A stretch of 64,000 nt of DNA from Vulcanimicrobiota bacterium (lineage in GTDB: Bacteria; Vulcanimicrobiota; Xenobia; Xenobiales; Xenobiaceae): assembly GCA_944322965.1 (NCBI GenBank), contig CALUQR010000008.1, forward strand, positions 4,418 to 68,417, in the 5' to 3' direction. A program made the translations under genes and the position numbers. Under the pieces are notes generated by a model. The model saw only the letters and a program-made list of their open reading frames with translations, made no database searches and was not told the DNA's origin. Position 1 is the stretch's first letter, and each line of letters starts with the position of its first letter. Shown here one piece after another: positions 8,690-18,700 of this stretch.

Positions 8690-11032
8690 TTAAACTCCTG
8701 AATCTTGTGAATGCTCTTGTTGCCAGGCGGCCCACACCCGCTCGGGGGTAGCCGGTAGATGTTTGAGGCGCAAGCCGGTAGCGTTGGCGATGGCGTTAAT
8801 GATAGCCGGAGCCGCCGGTACGAGCGGGGTCTCGCCGAAACCCTTAGCCCCGTAGGGTCCCCAAGAGTAATTGTGCTCTACGATGACGGGCACGATCTCC
8901 GGCACGTCCATCGAGGTGGGAATAATGTAGGTGGAGAGGCTATCATTTAAGATGCGCCCCTCTTTTAAGATGTACTCCTCCATGAGGGCGTAACCTATCC
9001 CCTGCAGGGCGCCCCCTTGGATCTGCCCCTCTACCAAGGCGGGATTGATAGCCCGACCTATATCTTGGCCGCTGACGAACTTATTGATCTTGACCTTCCC
9101 CGTCCAAGTATCGACGGTGACGTCGGCCGCGTTGGCGCACCAGGTGTAGATCTCGTAAGTGGCGCCATGGCCCGTCTGGTCGTCAAAATCTAACTTGTAG
9201 CCCGGCCGGTAGTAACCTTGGGCCGCCATCTGCACCCCGCCCACGTGGCAAGCGGAGACCGCCTCTCGCCAGGGCAGATCCTTGCGCTCTTTGAGGTAAT
9301 TATCCATACGCTGGCGGATGATCTGGCAGGCGTCGCGCACCGCATTCCCGGAGGCTAAGGTAGTGCGGCTGGCCACGGTGGGGCCGGAGTCAGGCACCTG
9401 AGAGGTATCGGTATCGGCCAGATAGAGGCGCTCGAAGGGACATTGTAAGGTCTCGGCGGCGATCTGCAACATGACCGTAGTCATCCCTTGGCCGATCTCC
9501 GCCGTCCCTACGGCTACGCTCACCGAACCGTCGACGGCTACCACCACGTTGGCGGCGGCAAAGTTGTGGGGACCGCCATTGGCCCCTAAGCCCACGCCAT
9601 AGTGGCTGACGGAGAGGCCCACCCCGCGCCGGAAGCGGCCGGGAGTGCGGGGCAGAGTTAAGAGGCGATCGTAATCGATCTCCGCCTTGACCTTAGCCAC
9701 CACCTCTTCAAAGCCCACCGATTCGGCTAAGAGCTGGCCGCTAGAGGTCTTATCGCCTACCTTCAACATATTCTTGCGCCTAAACTCCAGGGGATCGATC
9801 CCCATCTGCTGGGCCACATGATCCCAGTGGGCGTCGGCGGCGAAGGCGACTTGGGGCTGCCCAAAACCGCGGAAGGCCCCGTTGGGGGCGGTATTACTCC
9901 CCACCGCGTCGGCTAAGGTGCGCACGTTGGGAATGCGGTAAGGGCCGCTAGCGTGCAAGAGACCGCGCCAGAGGACGATAGAGGAGAGGGTGATATAAGC
10001 TCCGCCATCTACGTAATAGTGGATATCGACCGCCTTAATGTAACCATCCTTATCGACGGCGCTCTTAAAGACCGTCTTGGAAGGGTGGCGCTTGGTCATG
10101 GAGATCATATCCTCTTCCCGACCGTAGATGAGGCGCACGGGACGCCTAGTGCGCCAACATAAGACGGCCGCTAAGGAGGCGGGCGTACTGGGGGCGTCTT
10201 CCTTCCCTCCGAAACCGCCGCCCGTCACCGTCTGCACTACGCGCACCTTCTGATAATCGACGCCCAAAGCGGTGGCTACCGCCTTCTGCACGTAGAAGGG
10301 ACACTGCATCGAGCCTAAGACTTTGAAGCCGCCCCGATCTTCCGGGGTGACGATACAACCGTTAGTCTCTAAGTAAGCGTGCTCTTGGTGGGAGGTAGTA
10401 TAAGTAGCTTCATAGATGTGCATCCCGGGCTCGGGGTTATTGAAGACGCTCTCCGCGTCCCCCGTAAATTGCTGGTAGTGCCAGAGGATCCAATCCTTTG
10501 CGATCCCCTCCTCAATAGTCAAGGAGGGCTTTAGAACTTCGTACTGGACCTCGATAGCCTCCGCGGCGGCTCGGGCCTCTTCGTAGCTCTCGGCCGCCAC
10601 CAAGGCTACGGGCTGACCGATAAACTTGACCTCGGAGGCCGCCAATAAAGGCAGATCGTTGCGCACTAGGGGCACGTAATTGGCCGCCGGCAAGTCCTCA
10701 GCGGTCATAATAGCCGCTACCCCGGGCATGGCCTGGGCTTTAGCGGTAGAGATCTTCTCAATGCGGGCCGAGGCGTGGGGGCTGCGCAAGACGTAAGCTT
10801 GCAAAATATTGGGAATCTGCAGGTCGGCGATATACTTAGCCTGACCGGTCAACTTCTCGGGCGCATCGGGGCGGTATAAGCCATGGCCCACGACTTCCAA
10901 GGGCGGGCAGGCGCACTCCGTCTCACAGACGGTCTCCGGCAAGGGGGAGATGGGGTTTTCAATCATAGCAAACTGGGAGCTCCCTAGAACGTAGTAAGAC
11001 TGCATCCCCAACCTTCTGCCCATTATAGGCAA
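8690..11032 (-). CDS. Xanthine dehydrogenase family, molybdopterin-binding (large) subunit
   Basis: 780 aa with TGGGFGGKE and the aldehyde oxidase/xanthine dehydrogenase a/b-hammerhead region. The start may instead be the ATG at 10966 (MIENPIS). Confidence 0.9.
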   Translation of the reverse strand: MPIMGRRLGMQSYYVLGSSQFAMIENPISPLPETVCETECACPPLEVVGHGLYRPDAPEKLTGQAKYIADLQIPNILQAYVLRSPHASARIEKISTAKAQAMPGVAAIMTAEDLPAANYVPLVRNDLPLLAASEVKFIGQPVALVAAESYEEARAAAEAIEVQYEVLKPSLTIEEGIAKDWILWHYQQFTGDAESVFNNPEPGMHIYEATYTTSHQEHAYLETNGCIVTPEDRGGFKVLGSMQCPFYVQKAVATALGVDYQKVRVVQTVTGGGFGGKEDAPSTPASLAAVLCWRTRRPVRLIYGREEDMISMTKRHPSKTVFKSAVDKDGYIKAVDIHYYVDGGAYITLSSIVLWRGLLHASGPYRIPNVRTLADAVGSNTAPNGAFRGFGQPQVAFAADAHWDHVAQQMGIDPLEFRRKNMLKVGDKTSSGQLLAESVGFEEVVAKVKAEIDYDRLLTLPRTPGRFRRGVGLSVSHYGVGLGANGGPHNFAAANVVVAVDGSVSVAVGTAEIGQGMTTVMLQIAAETLQCPFERLYLADTDTSQVPDSGPTVASRTTLASGNAVRDACQIIRQRMDNYLKERKDLPWREAVSACHVGGVQMAAQGYYRPGYKLDFDDQTGHGATYEIYTWCANAADVTVDTWTGKVKINKFVSGQDIGRAINPALVEGQIQGGALQGIGYALMEEYILKEGRILNDSLSTYIIPTSMDVPEIVPVIVEHNYSWGPYGAKGFGETPLVPAAPAIINAIANATGLRLKHLPATPERVWAAWQQEHSQDSGV

Positions 11033-11095
11033 AAACCTACCTAGAAGCCCCCGCTCCTACGCCCTCTCCCCGCCCGGAAAGAGCGCCAAAGGGGT

Positions 11096-12883
11096 TTAGG
11101 GGTTAGCGTATTCGCTAATTACTCGCCCTTCAAAATTATTGACGACTAGGCCCACCGTATGGCCAAAATCGACGCTAGGGTCGCTAGCCTCCTCCTTATC
11201 GGCGGGACGCAAGACTAAAGTAATGGGGCGACGCATACGCTCTGAGAGCAGGGCCTCTAACTCCTTTTGGCGCTCTCCCGCCCGGCGGTACTCCTCTTGA
11301 TGGCCCGCCTTATACTTAATAGTGATGACCCCGCTGACCGTAGAGAGACAGCGGCTGGGAGCGACTAACCTCTGTAACTCCCCGTTGCGCTCCCCTAAGT
11401 ACTCTAAGAGCAATTTCCAAATGGCCCCCGGCGAGCTGGGCCGCTTGCGCGCTGGAGGCGGCTCAACCTTCTGAGGGGGCGGCTCGACCTTCTTAGGAGT
11501 CGGCTCCTCTACCTGACCCCACCCCAAATCGACTTCCGCCGCAGGCGCCGGAACGCTAGCCGGGACGCTGGCCGCCACTTCCTCTAATTTGGGCAACTTC
11601 TGAGGGAGCGGGGCCGCCGCTTTAGCTGGAGCCGCTGCTGGAGGCGGGGACGCCGCAGCCGCGGGGGCCAAAGTAAGTCCCGGACTAGCTAAGGCGGGAG
11701 TAGAGGCGCGCTCTAAGAGGCGCTCCTCTAAGCGAGCGAGCTTCTCTTCTAACTGACCCAGGCGCTGGGCTAAGAGTTGAGGCTCCGATTGCAAACTAGG
11801 CTGAGTGAGATTAATTAAAGCTAACTCCCACTGCAGGCGCCCATTTTGGCTATCCCCCAGGCGGCGCTGTAAGGCGGTAATAGACTCTACCCAACTTTGC
11901 AATAAGGGCAATTCTAAAGCCTTACTCAAGCGCTCTAAGGTTACAAATTGGCTCTCGCTAGCCCCCAAAGCGTCCGCCTGAGCGGCGCGCACCTTCACTA
12001 AGAGGATCTGGCGCAGATAATCTAAGAGCTCCCCGCTAAATTTGCGCAGGTCGCGCCCCTTTTGCACCAATTCATCTAAGATCTCTAAGGCGGCGCAAGT
12101 CTGCTTTTCCAAAAGGGCGGAGACTAACTCCCCTACCGCCTCGGCCCCGGCCAGACCTAAGAGATCGCGTACCCCTTCGCTAGTAATCTTGGACCCGCAG
12201 AAGGTCATGGCCTGCTCTAAATCGACTAAGGCGTCGCGCATCGAACCTTCGGAGGCCTTGGCTATAAGCTCTAAAGCTTCGTTCTCCGCCTCTACCCCTT
12301 CGCTACTAGCCACATGACCCAACCAGCGGCTCGTCTCGCTCAGAGTGAAGCGCTTAAAGTCGTAGCGCTGACAGCGAGAGAGGATGGTAGGCAAGAGCTC
12401 CTGAGGATGGGTAGTAGCCAAGATGAAGACGACGTGCTCCGGGGGCTCTTCCAAAGTCTTTAAAAGAGCGTTGAAAGAGGCGCTCGAGAGTTTGTGGACC
12501 TCGTCTATAATATAGACCTTGTAGCGGACCTCGGCCGGGGCGAATTGGACCTTCTCCACGATAAATTCGCGGATCTTATCGACCTGGGTGTGGGAGGCGG
12601 CGTCGATCTCTAAGACGTCTAGACAGGAACCGGCGGCGATACTGCGGCAAGCAGAACACTCTCCGCAAGGGTCGGGGGTGGGGCCGTGCACGCAGTTGAG
12701 GGCCTTAGCTAAGATGCGGGCGGTACTCGTCTTGCCTGTGCCCCGCGGACCGCAGAAGAGGTAAGCGTGGCCGATGCGCCCAGTGCTCAGGGCGTTGCGC
12801 AAAGTGCGCACTACCACCTCTTGGCCCACTAGATCCTGGAAATTTTGCGAACGCCACTTTTGGAAGAGAGATAAACTGGCCAC
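11096..12883 (-). CDS. dnaX: DNA polymerase III subunit gamma/tau
   Basis: Walker A GPRGTGKTS, zinc module CGECSACRS, DEVH box, SRC motif, and a Pro/Ala-rich linker. Confidence 0.95.
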   Translation of the reverse strand: MASLSLFQKWRSQNFQDLVGQEVVVRTLRNALSTGRIGHAYLFCGPRGTGKTSTARILAKALNCVHGPTPDPCGECSACRSIAAGSCLDVLEIDAASHTQVDKIREFIVEKVQFAPAEVRYKVYIIDEVHKLSSASFNALLKTLEEPPEHVVFILATTHPQELLPTILSRCQRYDFKRFTLSETSRWLGHVASSEGVEAENEALELIAKASEGSMRDALVDLEQAMTFCGSKITSEGVRDLLGLAGAEAVGELVSALLEKQTCAALEILDELVQKGRDLRKFSGELLDYLRQILLVKVRAAQADALGASESQFVTLERLSKALELPLLQSWVESITALQRRLGDSQNGRLQWELALINLTQPSLQSEPQLLAQRLGQLEEKLARLEERLLERASTPALASPGLTLAPAAAASPPPAAAPAKAAAPLPQKLPKLEEVAASVPASVPAPAAEVDLGWGQVEEPTPKKVEPPPQKVEPPPARKRPSSPGAIWKLLLEYLGERNGELQRLVAPSRCLSTVSGVITIKYKAGHQEEYRRAGERQKELEALLSERMRRPITLVLRPADKEEASDPSVDFGHTVGLVVNNFEGRVISEYANP

Positions 12884-13078
12884 TTTGCCGCCCTTAAACG
12901 GATAATAGGCATAAAACTTCTCCCTCCCTCCAAGCCCCCCCTGCTCTAAAGCCCCGCCGCCTCCCTAAGCCCTAACTTTGGAGGAAGGCGCACAATTGTT
13001 CACTTAGCTGTAACATCTGGAGCTTAAATTTGCTCTACAATAAGAGGACTATAAATTTAGCATTAATTTGGCAGTGAG

Positions 13079-13636
13079 GTGCCCCACATGTCTATCGGTT
13101 CTATCAATTTCAATAACCCCAACTCTTACCAGACGAGTTCGGTACCTACCCAGACCCAGACTCCTGCTGAAGAGCCCCCCGTGCAGGCCCCTCCGGAAGA
13201 GACGGTAGACTTAGGCGGCCAAGAGCCCTCTAAGGAGATGACCTTCTCTCACAAAGTATTGCGCAACGTAGCCGGCGCCATCGGCGGCACGGTGGGCGCG
13301 GTCAAGGGCTTTGTAGCGGGAGGCATCAAGAGCTCCGTCCAGAACGCTACGGTCAGCGATAAGGCCAGCTCCATTATGCGCGGCATCGGCGGCGTCTTAG
13401 GGACGGTCGTAGGCGGCGCGGCGGCGGCTATCGGCGGCGGTCCGATCGGCCTCTTGGGCGGCGTGATGTTGGGCTCCCTGATCGGCACCATTAGCGGCGG
13501 CGCCGTCAGCGGCGGAGCCTCCGTCATTAACGACTTCGCCTCCGGCGCGGCTAAAGGCGCTATCGCCGACGCTAAGGAAGGCTTCGCTACCGGTCGGGAG
13601 TTAGTCGACAAATTGGAAGCGAAATTCTCTAAATAA
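13079..13636 (+). CDS. Glycine-zipper-rich hypothetical protein
   Basis: 185 aa. Q/T/P-rich N-terminus, then GxxxG-rich hydrophobic segments (GGVLGTVVGGAAAAIGGGPIGLLGGVMLGSLIG). Nothing recognisable as a signal peptide. Confidence 0.6.
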   Translation: MPHMSIGSINFNNPNSYQTSSVPTQTQTPAEEPPVQAPPEETVDLGGQEPSKEMTFSHKVLRNVAGAIGGTVGAVKGFVAGGIKSSVQNATVSDKASSIMRGIGGVLGTVVGGAAAAIGGGPIGLLGGVMLGSLIGTISGGAVSGGASVINDFASGAAKGAIADAKEGFATGRELVDKLEAKFSK

Positions 13637-13653
13637 TTAACCCCCCTTAGGCC

Positions 13654-13681
13654 TTGACAGTGGTGAAGACTGTGTTATAAT
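13654..13681 (+). promoter_or_regulatory. Sigma70-type promoter for tRNA-Ala
   Basis: TTGACA (13654-13659), 16-nt spacer, TGT-TATAAT (13676-13681). It ends 13 nt upstream of the tRNA 5' end. Confidence 0.7.
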
Positions 13682-13694
13682 TACCCACGTTTTC

Positions 13695-13770
13695 GGGGTT
13701 ATAGCTCAGTTGGGAGAGCACTTGCATGGCATGCAAGGGGTCAAGGGTTCAAGTCCCTTTAGCTCCACCA
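13695..13770 (+). tRNA. tRNA-Ala (anticodon GGC), CCA encoded
   Basis: 76-nt cloverleaf GGGGTTATAGCTCAGTTGGGAGAGC... The anticodon loop is ATGGCAT. The G3:U70 alanine identity pair is present. T-arm GGTTCAAGTCC; ends ACCA. Confidence 0.95.
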
Positions 13771-13784
13771 CTCATTAGAGATAG

Positions 13785-13820
13785 CGGACTCAAGTCGAAA
13801 TTGGGTCCGTTATTTTTTTT
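13785..13820 (+). terminator. Intrinsic terminator after tRNA-Ala
   Basis: CGGACTC...GGGTCCG stem followed by TTATTTTTTTT. Confidence 0.75.
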
Positions 13821-13952
13821 GCCACTCTCCCAGAGGGGTGGGGCTCTATTTGGCAGGGGCCGGAAGCTAGAGCCAAGAAAGTAGAGTACCTTTTCTATCT
13901 TTCTTTAAAGTCTGTGGGGACTGTTGGCAGTCCTATGAAATGGAGTTTGAGC

Positions 13953-15776
13953 ATGGCTAGACAAGTTTACGCGGGAATGGATGCCCAGGATAAGGAGAAT
14001 GATCCCTTATACAAGAGACGCCACTCTTTAGCTCACATTTTAGCCGAGGCCGTTCAGCGCCTCTATCCGGGCACTAAGTTGGGATTTGGCCCGCCCGTCG
14101 ACAACGGTTTTTATTACGATTTCCAATTCACTACCCCCTTAGAAGCCGATAAGTTGGCGGATATTGAAGCGGAGATGCGGCGCATTATCGCCGAGAAGCA
14201 GCCCTTCACCACCTACGAGCTTCCGCCCGAGGAGGCCGTCAAGCGCTTAGAAGAGGCGGGCGAGACCCTCAAAGCCGAGTACGTGCGCGACTTAGCCGCC
14301 AATGGACAGCCTATCCATTTCTACGAGAATGGCGAGTTCGTCGATCTCTGCGCCGGCCCGCACGTAGAGAATACCTCCCAGATCCCCTCCGACTCCTTCG
14401 CCTTAGATACCGTGGCCGGCGCTTATTGGCGCGGCGACCAGTCTCGGGATATGCTGACCCGCATCTACGGCTTAGCCTTCAATAATAAGAAGGAGCTCAA
14501 AGAGTTCTTGCGCCAGCGCGAAGAGGCCCGCAAGTACGATCACCGCAAATTGAGCAAAGAGTTAGAATTCTACACCATGTGCGAGCAGATCGGAGCCGGT
14601 CTGCCCTTATGGCTGCCTAACGGTACCGTCCTGCGCGAAGAGTTAGAGAAGTTCGCCAAAGAGACGGAGCAGCGCGGCGGTTACCTGCGCGTAGCTACCC
14701 CCCACATCACTAACGAGCAGCTCTTCTATACCTCCGGGCACCTCCCTTATTACAAGGATAGTATGTTCCCGCCCATGCAGATCGACGGGGGCCAGAACTA
14801 CTATTTAAAGCCCATGAATTGCCCCTTCCACCACATGATCTTTAGCTCCCGGCCCCGCTCTTACCGGGAACTGCCCCTGCGCTTAGCCGAATACGGGCAG
14901 TGCTACCGCTACGAAGCCTCCGGGACCTTAGCGGGACTCCTGCGCGTGCGCGGGATGTGTATGAACGACGCCCACATCTACTGTAGTCCCGAACAGCTGG
15001 CCCAAGAGTTTAGAGCGGTCTTAGATATGCACCGCTTCTACTACGATAAGTTCCGCATCGACGGCTACTGGATGCGCCTCTCTATGCACGATCCCTTAAA
15101 TACTAAGAAGTACGTCGATAATCCCGAAGCTTGGAAACAGTCGGAAGAGGCTATTCGCCAAGTGGTGCGGGAGATGGGCGTAGCCTACGAAGAGGTGCCG
15201 GGCGAAGCCGCCTTCTACGGACCCAAGGTAGACTTCCAGATCCGCAACGTGGTAGGACGGGAAGAGACCGCCTCCACCAACCAGTTAGACTTTGCCGTGC
15301 CGCCGCGCTTTAACTTAGTCTATACCGGTAAAGATGGCGAGTACCATACCCCCTACTGCATCCACCGCGCCCCCTTAGGGACCCACGAGCGCTTCTTAGC
15401 CTTCCTGATGGAACACTTTAAAGGCGCCTTCCCCACCTGGATGTCTCCCACCCAAGTGGTAATTATCCCCGTCTCTACCGATAAGTTCGGAGAGTACGCC
15501 GAGAAGTTGGCCGCCCGCCTGCGCGACCAGCTCTATCGGGCCCACGCCGACTTAGGAGACGATAGCTTCAATAAGAAGATCCGCGCCGCCGTCACTAGTA
15601 AGATCCCCAATATCTTAGTAGTAGGCGCCCAAGAGATGGAAGAAGAAGCGGTCACCTGGAGGCGCTACGCCGTCAAGGAACAGCGGACCCTCAAGTTCGA
15701 AGAGTTCAACCAGATCCTGGGACGTATGTGCCGCGATCGCTTGATGGACAACTTCGCCGACGTAGTCTTAGAGTAG
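13953..15776 (+). CDS. thrS: Threonine--tRNA ligase (no N-terminal TGS domain)
   Basis: Editing-domain motif RHSLAH, class II motifs, and Zn ligands in KPMNCPFHH / DAHIY / IHRA. I prefer the ATG at 13953 (GGAG 8 nt upstream) over the GTG at 13914. Confidence 0.93.
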   Translation: MARQVYAGMDAQDKENDPLYKRRHSLAHILAEAVQRLYPGTKLGFGPPVDNGFYYDFQFTTPLEADKLADIEAEMRRIIAEKQPFTTYELPPEEAVKRLEEAGETLKAEYVRDLAANGQPIHFYENGEFVDLCAGPHVENTSQIPSDSFALDTVAGAYWRGDQSRDMLTRIYGLAFNNKKELKEFLRQREEARKYDHRKLSKELEFYTMCEQIGAGLPLWLPNGTVLREELEKFAKETEQRGGYLRVATPHITNEQLFYTSGHLPYYKDSMFPPMQIDGGQNYYLKPMNCPFHHMIFSSRPRSYRELPLRLAEYGQCYRYEASGTLAGLLRVRGMCMNDAHIYCSPEQLAQEFRAVLDMHRFYYDKFRIDGYWMRLSMHDPLNTKKYVDNPEAWKQSEEAIRQVVREMGVAYEEVPGEAAFYGPKVDFQIRNVVGREETASTNQLDFAVPPRFNLVYTGKDGEYHTPYCIHRAPLGTHERFLAFLMEHFKGAFPTWMSPTQVVIIPVSTDKFGEYAEKLAARLRDQLYRAHADLGDDSFNKKIRAAVTSKIPNILVVGAQEMEEEAVTWRRYAVKEQRTLKFEEFNQILGRMCRDRLMDNFADVVLE

Positions 15777-15785
15777 AGGCAGAGG

Positions 15786-18700
15786 ATGGCCCAAGAGAGC
15801 CAAAATTCCGGAATACTGGGGCGGGGGATAAACTTTGTCTCCCGCTTGTGGGGGTCGGGAGCCGCTCCCTCCCAGGAGAGCTCCCCCAGCGCCGAGCTAG
15901 CGGCCGAGCCCTCGGGAGAGGTAGTCTCCCTAGAAGGGTGCCTGCGCATCGCCATCTGCTCCCCTAAGAGGTTGGAGTTCTACTCCACCCTCTCCCCCAC
16001 GCGCCTCTTTACCGTCTTAGGCTCTCTGACCGGCCCCCTAGGGCGCTTCACTAAGAATATACCCTCCCGCGGAAAAGAGGTGACCCTGACCGTACCTCTG
16101 CGCCTGCCCGAGGGCCAAGAGAGTACGGCTAAAGTCGTACTCCACGCCTCCCGCCAAGACCCCGAAGGGCTCAAAAGCGCCAAACTGCTCCGCGCCGGAT
16201 TAGGGAGCCAGCCCCAAGGGGGCCAGATTATTAGCGTACTCCTGGGGCGAGAGCGAGACGAGTTCCAATATATCTTCGAATTCGATAAAGATACCCAAAT
16301 CGTCGACTTTGAAGAGGTAGTCGATAACCGGCCCGTCTTCCAAAATGTGCCCCCCATCGCCCAAATGTCTACCTTCCTGCGGGCCATTACCAGCCAAAGG
16401 CGCAACGTCCAGAGCATCTTGCGCGGCCTGCAAGCGGTAGCTAGCTCCGAATTAGCCGCCGCCACCCGCCAGTTCTTGCGACTCTACCGCGAAGGGCTGA
16501 CTATCGACGAGAGCCCGGCCCTAGAACTGAAACAGCACTTTATCCAGGCCGGAAAGAATATCTCCGAACAAGTCTTAATCGCCTTCCCCATCTTCCTAGA
16601 ACTGGCCGCCGGGAACCTGGACCCCTCCGAACTCTCCGCCCAAGATACGATCCAGATCTCGCCCGTAGCCCTAAGTATCGTCAGCTCCCACTTCGGCCTG
16701 CCCCTCAAAGAAGAGGACTGGCAAAAGCTGAGCTTCTCCGCTCAACTCAATTACGAAGATCTCCAGAGCTTATTGGCGACCCCCCAGTACTACAGCCTGC
16801 CCCAAAGGCTGCGCAATAATTGGGATAACCGCAGCCCCATCGCCATCCTAGAACAATTAGCCGTCGATAGCGATAGCCGCCGCGTCACCGCCTTCTCCCA
16901 AGCCCTACGCAAGATCCATAGCGGCCACGGACTCATCATCAACGACCAACAGATGAGCCTCCTAGCCCTGCTCTCCGCCGTGGGACGGCGCTACCACCCC
17001 AATACCGTAGCCGCCCTCTGTATGTTCGTAGATGCCGAACTGGGGGTTATCGACGCCGACTCCCTCTCCGAAGCGGATAAGAATTACTGCCTAGAGACCT
17101 CGGCCTACGCCATGTTAGTAGTGGGCGGAGCCTTCGACGTCTCCCTCTCTAGTCTGGCCCTCGAGCTGGGACCCGGCCAGCGTATGGACGTAGTCTTCCC
17201 CAAATTAGTCGAGTTTACGGGGATCGGACTGCTCAGCAATTTCCAACGGCGAGACGGGAGCCGCACTTGGCTGTGGATCCCCAACGCCCAAACGGCCGGT
17301 AAGGCCCTGCGCATGCCCCAACAGACCTTTGACGGGGTAGTCTTAGGCTCCTTACCCAAGATCGAACAGCTGAGCGAGATCGATCTGGCCGATATGCTCG
17401 AATCGGGACGGGACTTTATCGCCTCCTTCCAATCCGACTTCGATAAGACCGTCATCTGGCGGCGGATCTCCTCCATCCCGCCCGAGAAGTTTATGATTAA
17501 CCCCAAAGAGGGGGAACGGCGCACTAGCTTTAGCTTTATCGAAGGGTTCTGCGCCTACCACTTCAGTAAAGCCGTCTTGGGCCATACCTTCAAAGTCCAC
17601 GATGAAGAGCTCATCGGCCAAGAGAACGTCTTGGCCATCTTCCTCGACGACCGCGAGAACGCCCACTACGTCTACCTCCCCTCCGTAGAGAGCGTCGACT
17701 CCCTGCAGCCGCCCCCCAATACCGGTTGGACCTGGAGCCACCAGATCGTCCTCGACTACGATATGCAACTCCTGCCCCAGACGATGCGCGAATTGGGGCT
17801 AGACTATCTCTTAGGCCGGCCCGAACCTACCTCCCCCAAATACAAACGGCTCAACTGGCTCCACGATGCGGTCTGGAATATCTTCGCCCAACCCTCGCCC
17901 CACCAGTCGCTCTCCGATCGGCCCGATATCTTAGAGCGGATCTATAAAAAGCTCTGGAGCCCCGAAGGGCGCTCCCTCATCTCCGGCTTAATGGACGCCC
18001 GCACCCAAGAGATCCTGGGCAAAGTCCTGCGCGGAAGTAGTCGCGAACGCCTCGACTTCTCACCCCACGCCTGCCTGCTCCAAGGGAGCGGCCAAGAAGA
18101 TCAGCTGGAACTGCTGGCCCTGCAAGTGCTCTTAGCTATGAGCCGCTGCTCCCATATCGAATTTGGCTCCTACGTCAAGATGGTCGATGAAGTCGGGTTC
18201 CGCAACCTCATTGAAGATCGTATCCTGACCTTAGCCCACTCCGAAGTGCCGGAAAAAGAACTCATCGCCTGCCAGCTGCTCTCTAGCGCCGAGTTCGCTA
18301 CCGACCCCAAAGGGCGCTTTATCGCCCAAGAAGAGCTGCGCCATATCCTGGACCATACCGACGACCAGAACGTAGGGGTAGCCGCCTGCGAAGGATTAGT
18401 GCGCCTGAGCCTCGAGCGCAAAGTGCCGCTACCTAACCTAGTGCGCATCACCCCCCTCCAGACGGACGCCCGCCAAGTCCAACCTACGGCCGGACTCAAT
18501 CCGCTGCGCCAATCGATCTGCGAGTGGCTCGAACAATTGCGCCAACGCAACCCGCGCGAGTACCTCTCCCTGCCCATCGTCGAAGCTAACGGCCAGATCG
18601 ACGCCCAAAGGCTCCAAGCCTTCGTCGAGTTCCTAGGGGCCGTCGACGAGGCCTGCCGCGATAATTACGGACAACTGCCCCGCCACTACCTGGCCATAGC

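Noticed and set aside
11096-12883. Programmed -1 frameshift site in dnaX (A AAA AAG type)
   Set aside because: I could not find an A-rich slippery heptamer in the coding strand.
13249-13611. Long antisense ORFs inside well-supported genes (13249..13611, 19002..19511, 31488..31835, 38806..39234, 46195..46563, 49517..49912 and similar)
   Set aside because: They are shadow frames of GC-rich genes, with low-complexity G/A/P/R-rich translations and no independent motifs.
13821-13913. T-box leader upstream of thrS
   Set aside because: Only about 90-130 nt are available, and there is no T-box consensus (AAUUAGGGUGGUACCGCG-like) and no specifier or antiterminator architecture.
15733-15742. Enrichment of HIP1-like GCGATCGC octamers as a cyanobacterial signature
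   Set aside because: I noticed only about four copies by eye (near 15735, 25019, 43699 and 49560). That is too few to claim enrichment without counting.
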